Origin: Mobula birostris
Lineage: Eukaryota
Assembly (NCBI RefSeq): GCF_030028105.1
Contig: NC_092375.1
Span: 158,967,415-159,031,414 of the forward strand
Direction of reading: 5' to 3'
Length of the DNA: 64,000 bases
How positions within the stretch are numbered: the stretch's first letter is position 1; each line of letters opens with the position of its first letter. A program made the translations under genes and the position numbers. Below, piece by piece: positions 1 to 12,279 of the stretch. The notes below the pieces were generated by a model. It had not been told where the DNA came from and made no database searches. It saw nothing but the letters and a program-made list of their open reading frames with translations.

Positions 1-915
1 TTTCTGATGGTTTGCTGCTAAAGGACTCCAGATTCATCTTTCCTGCTTCTATGCCTGCCAAAATCATCAGTCAAATCCACCAAGGACATCAACACATTGA
101 GCAATGTTGCCTAAGAGCAAGGCAATCTGTGTGGTGGCCTGGTCTAAGCAGACAGCTGGGAGGTTATGTAAGGAAATGTGAACCATGCAGAAAACTGCAC
201 AAAAAATCATGCTGAACCTTTCTGTCACACATAATTGCCAGACCTTCCATGAAAAATTGCAGGCTCAGACATTCTCAAGCTGAAAAGGGATAAATATCTT
301 CTCACCGTGGATTGCTACTTACAGAATGTTGAGGTGTCCAAGCTGTCCTTTGCATCCACAGCAGCAATTATACAGCACCTCGAAGCTGTATTCACCTGCC
401 ACGGAATACCAGAGACAATGGTCCAGAATTCAAATCCTTTGCTGGAGGCTATGAGGACAAACACCAAACAATCAGTCCACTGTACCCACAGGCAAATGGA
501 GAAGTGGAGAGAGCAGTGCAAAATATTAAGTCTCTGAATGAAGTTAGAAGACCCCTACAGCACTGCTAGCTTATTGCTCCACACCTCTTGTAACTGAATA
601 CAGTCCATCAGAGTTGTCATTGAAGCAGAGACTGAGAACAAGCCTATCCATTCTTCCTTCCCTTCTCCAACCTCACATAACGGACTTAGGAACATAGAAA
701 TATAGAAACCCACAGCACATTACAGGGATGTGATCGTGCGCCTTCAAAGTCCACGAAAGTTAGAGGAAGAAATAGAGTGGCCTGATCCCTATGATGAGGA
801 CTACTTACCTGAGGTGGATGCCCCTGTTGAAGAATCTCCATCCACTCCAACATTTCCAGGTACCCATACCAGATCAGGTTGTTTATTTGTCCCACCACGG
901 AGACATACTCCATAG
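1..915 (+). mobile_element. Gypsy/Ty3 LTR retrotransposon, decayed integrase (element continues left of the window)
   Basis: HHCC zinc finger IHQGHQHIEQCCLRARQSVWWPGL...CEPC (12-215). Core fragments VDCY and [12 protein letters not shown]-terminal TRSG..VPP motif at 730-915. Frameshifts and stops throughout. Confidence 0.9.
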
Positions 916-1090
916 CCGAATAGCTTGTGGCAAGTGACTAAAGAGGCAGAATAATCCTCTCAAATTGTGGTCTACCCTGACATCCATTAGATTTAGTTCT
1001 TTTTAAAAGTGTTCTAATGTTGAAATGATTTCATAACACAAGACTGTTCTTAAAAAAATGAAATGGTATAAAAGAGGAGGAAAACAAAGT

Positions 1091-1116
1091 GAGAGAGAGA
1101 GAGAGAGAGAGAGAGA
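1091..1116 (+). repeat. (GA)n microsatellite
   Basis: Perfect GA run visible in the sequence. Confidence 0.95.
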
Positions 1117-1290
1117 CTTAAAAACAAAGGGAAAGACAGTTATAATGTTGACAATTCTTTTTTACGTTTATGTAAGGAGTATAAGTTATGTGCTGTGGGT
1201 AAAATGAACTGAAAAACTCAATTTCAGTGACTATAATTTCAAGGCAATTCTATGGACAGGAACTACATATCTAGTTTCTCTTTTTCTTCA

Positions 1291-1450
1291 AGAAGGGGAG
1301 ACGTAGTGGTGGTTAATAGTGTTATTCCGATGCCACTCGGTTAGCTACTCCCACATGAGAGGAGCTCACATACCGAACAAGCAGGGTTATCAATAAAGTT
1401 CAGTTCATTATCCTGCATGCTGGTGTCCTGTGCACTATCCCTTAATAATG
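1291..1450 (+). repeat. Polypurine tract and short 3' LTR of the Gypsy element
   Basis: AGAAGGGGAGA (1291-1301) is followed by CGTAGT (TGT-like LTR start). AATAAA at ~1392. The 3' boundary is approximate. Confidence 0.65.
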
Positions 1451-2979
1451 AACTCAATACCTTTTATCTTATCAATTTCTGTGCTTTAATCTCTCCTGGC
1501 TACCATTGTTTCATCTTCTTTCTCCCCTCCAAACATAGCATGTCACTCACAGCACTCTGCGTTCAATTTCATCGACAAGTGAATGCTCGTTTTACAATTT
1601 TGCTAATCACAGTAACAGTTGTTAACATTTATAAAGCGCCATGAGGATGGAAAAAAATCTCAAAGCATGTTATTGCAACTTCGTCTCATCAAACTGTTGA
1701 CCTGCTAAAGTAAATCTTATACTTCTCATTCATGATAAAAAATTTGGAAGTTCAGTGTCACCTGGATATTGCCAACTCAGTCAATAGCCTTGATGTACAA
1801 TCTTGTTGTACATGCAGAAATGTAGTCATCAAATATTGTATATAAAAATCATAGCTTTATCACATTTTCAAACAGCCCTAAATGTTGACACGTTATTGCT
1901 GTTTTGCAAGGGCAAAATGTTTAGTATTTTCATACACAAAGATTAGTTATATTACTAACCAAATGTGGGAAATGTAATATTCTTAACAATGTGGCTCACA
2001 TGGCAAATCTGCTGAGGTACATTAACAGCAGATTATATGGTTATTGTGCATTTATTACTTAATTGTCAGATTCATGTGCACAGAATTATATTAAAGTTAT
2101 TCAGGTGAAATTTATGAGATCAGATCAATTAACTTATTAAAATAGGTTCCACTTGCACGTTATCCCAGAGCTCAAAGAGGCACAACAATGTAGTTTATTA
2201 CATTAAAATTAAACATTGGTATTTTATGTCAGAATATATATCCTACACCAATTTCAATATAGCACTGTCACTGATTATGACTGCAAAATTGTCCCTCCAT
2301 CAATGAACAGGGTGTCACGCTCACATGCACATTTAACAGCATACATGAGAGGACAATGAAACATCCCATCCACATGATATTTGAACAGAATTTAATCTTA
2401 ATTCATTATATTTTATTATAAACTGCACTCTGACATTCATTTATTACAGTGATATAAAATGACCTTCTTGTTAATTATATTAAAGGTAACATTGGCTGGA
2501 TAGACTTATTTCAAATCCAATTCCAAGCAAATATTGAACATGAAACAGATAAATTAACATTTAGGTCTTGGTCCAAACTAGAAAATGAACTAGAACTAAC
2601 AACATGGTGAAAATTAAAATGAATTGCTTTGAGGGAACTTACAGCTGTGATCCTTCTCAATAAAAGATGGAGTGTCACAGTTACTTCATGATGTAAATTA
2701 TACTATGAATGCCTGGAAAAATGTAACCAACATGATCAATGGCAAATTGCATTACTCAGTTAACAGGAAAAGTTTCTGTTTCTCATGTGTAAAACATTAA
2801 AAAATTAATGGGACAATATTTCTGCTAAAATACATGTGAGACTCATTGTTACCTTGGTGCAAATGCTGAAGCAGCTTCAAGTAAGGGAGCTGTGTGAACA
2901 AATGCATAGGTTTGAAAGTGCACTGTTGATTTTAAATATGTGGCAGGAGTATGAAGATATCAGAAGATGCACGTGAACA

Positions 2980-3680
2980 TATTGAATTGAATTGACTTTA
3001 TTACTTACATCCTTCATATATATGAGTTGAAGTCCATTACACCTCCATCTAAATGTGCAATGTGCAATTTATAGTAATTTATAATAAATAGTATGTACAA
3101 TAGGACAGTCAATATAACATAGAAATACAGTTGTGTCAGCATGAATTAAGCAGTCTGATGGCCTGGTGGAAGAAGCTGTCCTGGAGCCTGCTGGTCCTGG
3201 CCTTTATGCTGTGGTACCATTTCCTGGATGGTAGCAGCTGGAACAGTTCATGATTTGGGTGACTCAGGCCCCCAGTGATCCTTTGGGCCTTTTTTATACA
3301 CCTGTCCAGAATAGTGGGAAGTTCACATCTACAAATGCGCTGGGCTGTCCGCACCACTCTCTGCAGAGTCCTGTCATTGAAGGAGGTACAGTTCCCATAC
3401 CAGGCAGTGATGCAGCCAGTCAGGATGCTCTCAATTGTGCTCCTGTGCAAAGTTCTTAGGATTTGGAGGCCCACACCAAACTTCTTCAACCATCTGAGGT
3501 GAAAGAGGCACGGTTGTGCCTTTTTCACCACACAGCCAGTACATACAGACCACATGAGACCATACCGTAGTACATACATGGCCTGTATGTACAGACCACC
3601 ATGTCAAGGTGATAACTTCTTCTCTGTAGGTTGCCTCATTATTATTTGAGATTAGTCCAATCAGTGTAGAGTTGTCAACA
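2980..3680 (-). mobile_element. Rex1/Babar-type LINE, 3' fragment
   Basis: ORF 3136-3579: ESILTGCITAWYGNC...LQRVVRTAQRI...LFQLLPSRKWY...TSRLQDSFFHQAIRLLN, the typical C-terminus. (ATTGA)n tail. Confidence 0.9.
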
Positions 3681-3749
3681 AATCACATATCACAAATGTG
3701 AGGGTGCCAGCAGCTGCACACTGAACTAATGGAGGGAGAAGAGTATAAG

Positions 3750-4800
3750 AATCACAGAGTAATAGAGCACAACAGTACAGAAGCAGACCCTTTTGTGCAT
3801 CTATTCCGTGCTGAATGGCTATTGTGCCTAGCCCCGTCAACAAACACCTGGTCCATATCTCTCCTTACCCCTCCCATCCATCCGTATCCAAACTTCTCCT
3901 ATATGTTGAAATCAAACCTACATCCACCACCTCCTCTGGCAGATGATTCCACACTTACACCACCCTCTGAGTAAAGAAGCTCTCCCTCAGGTTCCCTTAA
4001 ATACTTCACATTTCTGCCACAATGGGGTGCTGGGAACGGACCCAAATGCGAGACACAGACACTGAAGTACTAGGAACAGGACTTGACTAGAATAGGGATG
4101 TGACAGGATACAGACAAGGAGCAGGGACAAGAACGCAGACTTGGGCTAGGGCATGGACAAGACAGGGACCCCCCCCCCCCCGCCCCGCAGGGCAACGGCA
4201 AAACAGCCTGACTTTCCCTCCGTGGGGTAAGAACAAGAAGAGACAAACACCAAAGAACGACAAACAGATCCATCTCTGCTTCGGGGTAGCTCCGAGTCTC
4301 AGTTCAGCCAGCAACCTCAACTGGCTATGGAAACAGCTGGATCCCTACCTAGCTCAGAGTGGCTGGCAGCCACTCAGCTGGCCTGGGAAACAGTCAAATC
4401 TATACCGCAAAGACAGCTCCAACTACTGACAGCAAGGCTCCAAGGGGGGATGATTTGGCCTACATCATCCCCTAAAGATGGCAAATGGCCACTTTAGCCT
4501 TCCATTGGCAGGTTACTCCCAGGGGAACTTGACAAAACAAACCAGCAGCCTACACTTAACCCCAAGGCTACTTATATTCCAAGCCCCAAGATGGGAATCA
4601 GGTGCCTAGGATTAACTCAACCAAACTAGGGACAGCTGGAAGACCCGGAGTCCTGAGTCCACAGACTGGACTGTGAACTGGAATGCAGACTTCATGGAGA
4701 GGACCATGACAATTTCACACTTAATCTATGGCTTCTCATTCTAGTTTCACCGAAACTCAGTGGACTAAGCCTGTTTGCATTAACCCTATCTAAACCACTC
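3750..4800 (-). mobile_element. CR1 LINE 3' end, split by a solo LTR
   Basis: CR1 3'UTR/tail sequence continues on both sides of 4015-4711. Confidence 0.75.
4015..4711. mobile_element. Solo LTR with 5-bp TSD
   Basis: Termini TGCCAC...CATGACA, flanked by ATTTC at 4010-4014 and 4712-4716. Confidence 0.8.
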
Positions 4801-5224
4801 ATCATGTTGAACATGAAACAGGTGTACTTGGAACATCTAGACAGAGGGAGTGTGAGTGATGCACACTGAACATCTGGAATATGTAGAATTGACTAATCTT
4901 GACATTTTTTGATTTATTGATTTCAATTCTGCTTTCAAGTCTACTGCTATAGTGTTGCCACTTAATGCTGCAGCTAAGAATCATGGCCACACAGGGATGA
5001 GCTCATACCAGCTACAGGAAGCACCATGTAAATGGCCACCACCTATTACAGGTTAGTTGCTGGATGATTTACGGTATGGTACAGTTCAATCAGTGTTTGA
5101 TGCTCTGTGATACCAGTGCAGGTTGCTGTTCTCTACAGGGCCATTCAGAAATTCTGCTGATCTCAGGCTTCTGTACAAACATGTTCTTTAATATGCATTC
5201 TCCTCTGAGTACAGTGTGAATTTA

Positions 5225-5700
5225 GGAGATAGAACAGTAAGGTACAAGTACAGGCCCTTCAAGCCACAATGTTGTGCAAAACTAAAATAGTAATTAAATG
5301 CCTAACTAAATTAATCCCTACAATCTACACAATGTCCATATTCCTCCATTCCCTGTACATTGCTGTGCCTCTCTAAGAGCCTGTTCAATGCCTCTATTCT
5401 ATTTGCATCCACTATCACCTCTACGTGGACATTCCAAGCACCCACCATTCTGTAGTGTAAAAATCTCACCCCACACATCTCCTTTGAACTTACCAAGACC
5501 TCACCTTAAATGTTCCCTGGTACTGAGCATTTCAATGCTGGGAAAGATACAACGGCTGTCTATCATTATCTAATAAACCTGTTCTGTCCTCGACCGCTCC
5601 AGAGAAAATAACCCAAGTTTATTCAACCCGTCCTTATAGCACATGCTGTCTGATCCAGGCAACATCAGTTGGCATGCTTTTCAAAGTCTCTATCCTTCCT
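5225..5700 (-). mobile_element. Old CR1 3' fragment
   Basis: RMVGAWN...VDAN...LER...QGMEEYG (ORF 5311-5496). Confidence 0.75.
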
Positions 5701-5933
5701 GTGGCAGTATGATTAGGACCATGGATAGAGAAGGGCATATTGTCAGATGCAGGAGGAGGTCAAGGACAGACACCAGCATACACCTCCATCACAGGGTCTT
5801 CGTGAAGGAATCCTTTGACTTGAACCTAAGTGCCTTTGCATTCATTAGAACAATCTTACCCAAATCTAAAAACCTATTGCAGACACGACTGCAGCATAAG
5901 CTCAGGGACAATTTTACCAATAGTTACTTTGTA

Positions 5934-6886
5934 TGTGATGGTATTGGGTTTGTTGACAAAAGTTCTAAACTCAAGTGAAGACATTAAGCCCTATCTGATA
6001 TTGATAGCTACAGGTACCCTCACTAAACAGAGTTTATATTGTAACTACCCAATCTTCAAAGCCTAGTTCACTTCATGGTAAGTTTTACTGCTAATACCCA
6101 CTAGTTGAATGGTGGGCCAGCACCCACTACGAAAGAGGAGGTGCTTCCAGATAACAAAGTCACTTAAACAGGGTTCATTTATTTTCAGTGGTACACATTT
6201 AAATCCAAACAACATTCTTAAAACATTTTAAAACTCACAAAGGATTTATATCTTATAAAAGATTTCCAAATTACATACCATTTCTAAAATATAAAGGAAA
6301 TCCAAGACACCGGTACAATTCCTATAAAAGTTAAGAAGGCATTCCAATAAATTTTTACCGCAGAAATCAAAGGCAGAGGAATGGATTCCAATTCACCGTG
6401 TCTCTGTCATTCTTCCTGATGTTTCTGGACTATTCTTAAAATGCCTGGACTGCTCTCTTCACTTATACTGTTTCTCTGCCACTTGGTTGACTCCACACAT
6501 ATGACATCAGATACCTTTTAATACAAGAGTTCTCAAACCTTCTGGAGACAGAAGTCCCAGGTGCCCACAATAAATACTGCAAAGCTAACTTCCTGAGCAC
6601 AGAAACCTTCCCACTATTAATAGATTAGCTATTTGATATACTAAGCGATAATATTAGTCTGGTCTGCAAACTTCCTTGAACTAACCAAATAGGCCAATGT
6701 TGTCTGTTTTGAAATGATTCATTGTCTTGCACTGCACCTCTTGAGCAATAAGCCCAGGTGCTGTGGGCCAGCAATTCTGTGGCTCTAGAGACAGTGGGTT
6801 TGCCGCAAAGCTGTCTTTTCAACTTCAAAATGATTACTGCTTGGCCACTTACACGAAGAACTGAAAACTGGCTCCCATTTATGTAT
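5934..6886 (-). repeat. 3' LTR of the foamy-like ERV
   Basis: Starts TGTGATGGTATTG on the + strand, as does 15137. Collinear similarity for ~950 bp. Minus-strand AATAAA (~6178-6183) and TATTAAAA (~6516-6523). The U3 boundary is uncertain. Confidence 0.85.
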
Positions 6887-6957
6887 TACTGTCTTGAGTA
6901 AGGATTAGTAATCTCACATTTCAGTTATAGAAAATTATATTCATCAATTAACTGCTT

Positions 6958-7221
6958 TCACAATATAAAAATAATCTGTACAAAGAAAGTGAAATATTTA
7001 TGGAGATAATCTGTCTCTTTATACTGAATGTAGTAAGATAAGGAAAGGCACAGTTCTCCTATTGAGGATTCTGTCTGTATTTTTAATTTTGAATGCCCAG
7101 AAAAAGATGACAGAACATTGGAGTTGGTTATGTTCTCTTTACATTGGAGAGAACACCCACTGGTATGCTGTAGCTTAGCATTTTGATACCAACCATACCA
7201 TCTGTATAAGTTTCTTGCCAT
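6958..7221 (-). CDS. Possible second accessory ORF of the ERV (87 aa, unknown)
   Basis: ATG-started open frame just upstream of the 3' LTR, in viral sense. No recognised homology. Confidence 0.3.
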   Translation of the reverse strand: MARNLYRWYGWYQNAKLQHTSGCSLQCKENITNSNVLSSFSGHSKLKIQTESSIGELCLSLSYYIQYKETDYLHKYFTFFVQIIFIL

Positions 7222-7264
7222 TTTCTAGTCTCTGGGTATAATCATCCAGCTCTTCCCTCTCTTT

Positions 7265-7820
7265 ATTAAGGACTGGGCCGAAATGAGGAGATTTGATATA
7301 TCTTCCCAACTTCCGTGTTTTCCCAGAGGGCTACTCAGTGTGTTCTGTCAGACCATGGGATTTTATCAATCAAGTATACAAACTGTTCTTGTAGTATTAA
7401 GTCTAACACAAATAGCAGTATTGATAGGCCCTACTCGTAGTGTTGTAGACGTATCACATATACAATATATGCCTATACCCAAATTGAAAGTGAAACACCA
7501 TCAAATAGTTTTACTCTACTCTGTGACAATATAATGCTTTTTAGGCCTTAGGAGCACTAGGATTACATTGCAATTTCCAAAGAAATCGTAACAGAATAAG
7601 TAAAAATGTTAACAAGAATATAGCATTTCCTAGGGTAGCTATCTTTCTGCTCCTGGTAAGACTTTTACCACTATATAACACAATACATAAGATAGAGTAA
7701 GAAAGTAAAAGTGCAAACCACAATAGTATAAACCATCATTAGTAGTGAGCAACATATTTACAAAGAACATCATATAAAGTCTAAACAACCATATAATATA
7801 AGTTAGAAAGTAAATATGTA
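7265..7820 (-). pseudogene. Putative viral accessory ORF, multi-pass membrane protein (frameshifted)
   Basis: Lies between env and the 3' LTR. Consecutive hydrophobic segments: YFLTYIIWLFRLYMMFFVNMLL, WFILLWFALLLSYSILCIVLY, NAIFLLTFLLILLRFLW, and GLSILLFVLDLIL further on. Confidence 0.5.
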
Positions 7821-8045
7821 CTGGAGGTGTTTTTGCCAACACTGTCTGACTGTGGACTTCCTGTCAAGAACAGGAATCCAGTTACAGAGTGAGGTGCTGA
7901 GACCCATTGAGGGCAGTTTATCGAGCAACGCACACAAAGTACTGCAGAAACTCAGCAGGCCAGGCAGCATCGATGAAAAAGAGTACAGTCGACGTAACGG
8001 GCTGAAGTTACCCACCAGCTTCTGAGGGATGATCGTATTAAAAGA
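7820..8045 (-). mobile_element. Internal Rex1 RT fragment with a nested Penelope-terminus fragment (~7925-8005)
   Basis: FNTIIPQKLVG / MGLSTSLCNWI / GSPQSDSVGKNTSST. The nested piece reads CACACAAAGTACTGCAGAAACTCAGCAGGCCAGGCAGCATC. Confidence 0.75.
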
Positions 8046-8049
8046 TTTT

Positions 8050-9860
8050 GAACAACTTTTGTCATGAAATCTCTATCTTCCGAGTGAACCAAAGGACCAC
8101 ATCAATGCTATTATGAGGGAGATCACTATCAAGGCAGGGCTGTACAGGCAGATTTACTCCAATATTTTTTTTAAAATCATGAAAATTGTTAAGGGCAAAA
8201 TTGAATGACTATTACCACCTGTTGACAGTAACATCATGCAATTGAAGACATAGCAAAATGAAGATTTGTCTGTGTGTGTACAGATTGCCTAATTTGAATT
8301 AGTATTATCAGTGCTATCCCAAAATTTAGCATTATCAAATAGTCTGTAAGAGTAAAAATTGTTATAGCTTTATTTCCTGTTTTCCGAGTTGTTGTTGAAA
8401 CCTATTGGAAATATAATTGGATTCGTAAGGACGCCAACAGTTCAGAAATAATCTTCATTATAAAGTATTATTTGCACCATGGCACAAAAGGTTCATGATT
8501 CTTTGATAAAAGGCAAGTAGGAAATGAGGGTAGATACAATCGTCTATTGGACTAAAATCTCTAAAAAGCTTATTGAAATTTATCAGTTTCAGTTTCAAGG
8601 ATGAAAACATTTTTGCTTTATCTTACCTTTTGCTTCAGTGCCTCTTTCCATGTCATCTTCAAGGGCTTCACTGAACCACATAGAAAATAAACCAGAAAAT
8701 TGTCATGTTACCTTAACATTTAACAATGGAGTGGCCATAGTTGGAATAATGGAAATGTTTAAATTCTTTGTGGTAGGTACAGAATGTTCATATATTTTTG
8801 ATCATAAAAGGGGAAGTACAATGTGGTATCAGTCTAATGTAGTAGAGTCTTCATTAAAAAATGGTTTTACACAGTCTTCTAGTCCAATGGTTTTAATGTC
8901 ATGTTTCCATGAGTGGGATCATTCAATGCCATAACAGTATCTATATTTTCCTCAAGTGTACAGGGATCCACATCAATCTATTCTCCTATTAGCTTAACTT
9001 CAATATCTGGACTAGAAACTTTCAGTTTTGTTAGGGTGTTATTAATCATTCTCGCAACTCATTCTTAGTCATGTATCATGTATCAATGATCATTCTGTCT
9101 GCAACATGGTCAGAGTGAATGTTTAAGTGGATGAGAACAATAACTGCCAGAGGGAAGTTTTAAGGGTTCCAGTTTTTTTTTTGCATATGACTAAGGACAT
9201 TTGATGATACTTAAATGAGAATTGTCATTGCTCGCAGAGCTTCTTAATCTAATATTCCCCGAATCATTAAGATTAGGAGTGTGAAAGACAGATGATACAA
9301 TTTCCATACTAAATGTGACTTCATCTACTAAAAAGCCAGTGGTAAGTAAGGCAGCACTGACTAACATTGTTATAAGCACAAATATTAAAAGTAAAGAGCA
9401 AGAGCAACATTTCTTTCGAGAGTTTGAGAGTTTAATTCTTTCTTTGTAATCAAAAAACATATAGAGTCATAGGGTCATAGAAAAGTACAGCACGGAAACA
9501 GGTCCTCCGCCCCATCTAATCCATGCCGAGCCACTTAAACTGCCTAATCCCGTCAACCTGCACGAGGACTATAGCTCTCCATACCCCTACCATGTACCTA
9601 TCCAAACTTCTCTTAAATGTTGAAAACAAGCTCACATGCACATTTTGCATATGTTATCCCTGGGTAATATATCAATGAGATCTTCCTCAAGTGAACAGGA
9701 AATTTTGAGTTAGCTTTCTTTTTCACTAAACATGAGTTTTATCTTTGCAATACATTTCACCCCCACGTTCCTTCAGGGTATAGGAGTTCCATGGCAGACC
9801 CATGTACTGGTCCAATATAAGAGTTCCAGTGAGTCTGGAAATAAATCCTGTTGGACCAGG
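8050..9860 (-). pseudogene. env: Foamy-type env remnant (leader peptide and SU; TM not found)
   Basis: ORF 9191-9460 has a basic/Cys stretch, a long hydrophobic domain (SLLLIFVLITMLVSAALL) and a degenerate furin-like IRLRS. Downstream KTSLWQLLFSS resembles RVLGLSQILMINS, and KYRYCYGIE..SW..LEDCVKP resembles EFANCYLVK..PW..ADQCPLP. Confidence 0.72.
9463..9647 (-). mobile_element. Short CR1 3' end inserted in env
   Basis: GTCATAG repeat tail. CATAT duplicated at 9458-9462 and 9648-9652. Confidence 0.8.
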
Positions 9861-10010
9861 TGTGGTGTTAGCTATGGAGACAGTTTTACTTACAGCCTTA
9901 CTTCCCCTTCTGGTCCCGATTACCACAGTCCTATCATTGATAACCTGAGTGATGAGACAAGGAGGTGGGCGTGATGGGAGATTTCTAATTTCCTCAATAT
10001 TGATTGGCAT
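9860..10010 (-). pseudogene. Integrase C-terminal domain, separated from the core by a CR1 insertion
   Basis: PCLITQVINDRTVVIG..KTVSIANTTP vs PFV PSTVLKVLNPRTVVILD..RTVSIDNLKP. Confidence 0.85.
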
Positions 10011-12272
10011 CTCCCTAGGGCAAGGGGTTTAGAAGGAGTGAAATTTGTTAGATGTGTTCAGGAAGGTTTCCTGACACAATATGTGCATTAGCCTACAAGA
10101 AGAGAGGATGTACTTGACTGGTATTGGGAAATGAACCTGGTCAGGTGTCAGGTCTCTCAGTGGGAGAGCATTTTGGAGATAGTGATCACAATTCTATCTC
10201 CTTTACCATAGCACTGGAAAGGGATAGGAGCAGACAAGTTAGGAAAATGTTTAATTGGAGTAAAGGGAAATATGAAGCTATCAGGCAGGAACTTGGAAGT
10301 AAAAATTGGGAGCAGATGTTCTCAGGGAAATGTATGGCAGAAATGTGGCAAATATTCTCGGAATATTTGTGTGGCGTTCTGCATAGGTACTTTCCAATGA
10401 GACAGGGAAAGGATGGTAGGGTACAGGAATCATGGTGTACAAAGGCTGTTGAAAATCTAGTCTAGGAGTAAAGAAAAGCTCACGAAAGGTTCAAAAAAAT
10501 AGGTAATGATAGAGATCTAGAAAATTATAGGGCTAGCAGGAAGGAGCTTAAGAATGAAATTAGGAGAGCCAGAAGGGGCCATGAGAAGGCCTTGGTGAGC
10601 AGGATTAAGGAAAACCCCAAAGGATTCTACAAGTATGTGAAGAGCAAGAGAATGAGACCTGAGAGAATAGAACCAATCAAGTGTGACAGTGGAAATGTGT
10701 GTATGGAACCGGAAGAAGTAGCGCAGGTACTTAATGAACAAGGTACTTTGCTTCAGTATTCACTAGGGAAAAGGAACTTGGCAATTGTAGGGATGACTTA
10801 CAGCGGACTGAAAAGCTTGAGTACATAGACATTAAGAAAGAGGATATGCTGGAGCTATTGGAAAGCATCAAGTTGGATAAGTCACCGGGACTGGACGAGA
10901 TATACCCCAAGCTATTGTGGGAGATTGATGTGCCTCTGGCAATGATCTTTGCATCATTAATGGGGACAGGTTCCGGTGGATTGGAGAGTTGCAGGTGTTG
11001 TCTCTTATTTGAGCAAGGGAGTAAAGATAGCCCAGTGAGTCTTACTTCAGTGGTTGAGAATGTGACTAAACACATTGATAAAACTGGAGCAGTAGATGTA
11101 GTGTGTATGGATTTCAGCAAGGCATTTGATAAGGTACCCCATGCAAGGCTTATTGAGAAAGTAAGGAGGCATGGAATCTAAGGGGACCTTGCTTTGTGGA
11201 TCCAGAATTAGCTTGCCCACAGAAAACAAAGCGTGGTTGTAGACAGGTCATATTCTCATGGAGGTGGGTGATCAGTGGTGTGCCTCAGGGATCTGTTCTG
11301 GGACACCTACTCTTTATGATTTTTATAAATGACCTGGATGAAGAAGTGGAGGAATGGGTTAGTAAATTTGCTGATGACACAAAGGTTGTAGGTGTTGTGG
11401 ATAGTGTGGAGAGCTGTCAGAGGTTACAGCAGGACATTGATAGGATGCAAAACTAGGCTGAGAAGTGGCAGATGGAGTTCAATCCAGATAGGTGTGAGGT
11501 GATTCATTTTGGTAGGTCAAATATGATGGCAGAATATAGTATTAATGGTAAGACTCTTGGCAGTGTGGAGGATCAGAGGGATCTTGGAGCCCGAGTCCAT
11601 AGGAAACTCAAAGCTGTTGCGCAGATTCACTGTGTTGTTAAGAAAGCATATGTTATATTGGCCTTCATCATTCATGGGATTGAGTTCAAGAGCCAAGAGG
11701 TAATGTTGCAGCTATATAGGACCCTGCTCAGACCCCACTTGGAGTACTGTGCTGAGTTCTGGTCACCTCACTACAGGAAGGATGTGGAAACGATGGAAAG
11801 CATGCAGAGGGGTTTTACAAGGATATTGCCTGGATTGGGGAGCATGCCTTCTGAGAATATGTTGACTGAACTTGGCCTTTTCTCCTTGGAGCGGTGGAGG
11901 ATGAGAGGTGACCTGACTGAGGTGTGTAAGATGATGAGAGGCATTGATCATGTGGATAGTCAGAGGCTTTTTCCCAGGACTGAAATGGCTAACACTAGCT
12001 GCTTAGTTTTAAGGTGCTTGGAAGTAGGTACAGTGGAGATGTCAGGGGTAAGTTTTTTATGCAGAGAGTGGTGAGTGTGTGGAATGGGCTGCCGGCGACA
12101 GTGGTGGAGGCGGATACAATAGGGTCTTTTAGGAACTCTTGGATAGGAACATGGAGCTTAGAAAAATAGAGGGCTATGGGTAACCCCAGGTACTTCTAAA
12201 GTAAGTATATGTTGGGCACAGCATTGTTGGCCAAAGTGCCTGTATTATGCTGTAGGTCTTCTAAGTTTCTAT
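10011..12272 (+). mobile_element. CR1 LINE, 5'-truncated and internally deleted, inserted in the viral integrase
   Basis: GDSDHN (endonuclease), [35 protein letters not shown], and a 3' tail. Confidence 0.95.
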
Positions 12273-12279
12273 AGAAACT

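Noticed and set aside
7541-7820. Resemblance of the three-TM ORF to coronavirus ORF3a/M proteins
   Set aside because: Only topology and a vague LRFLWK..C similarity. Low-complexity hydrophobic sequence cannot support homology by eye.
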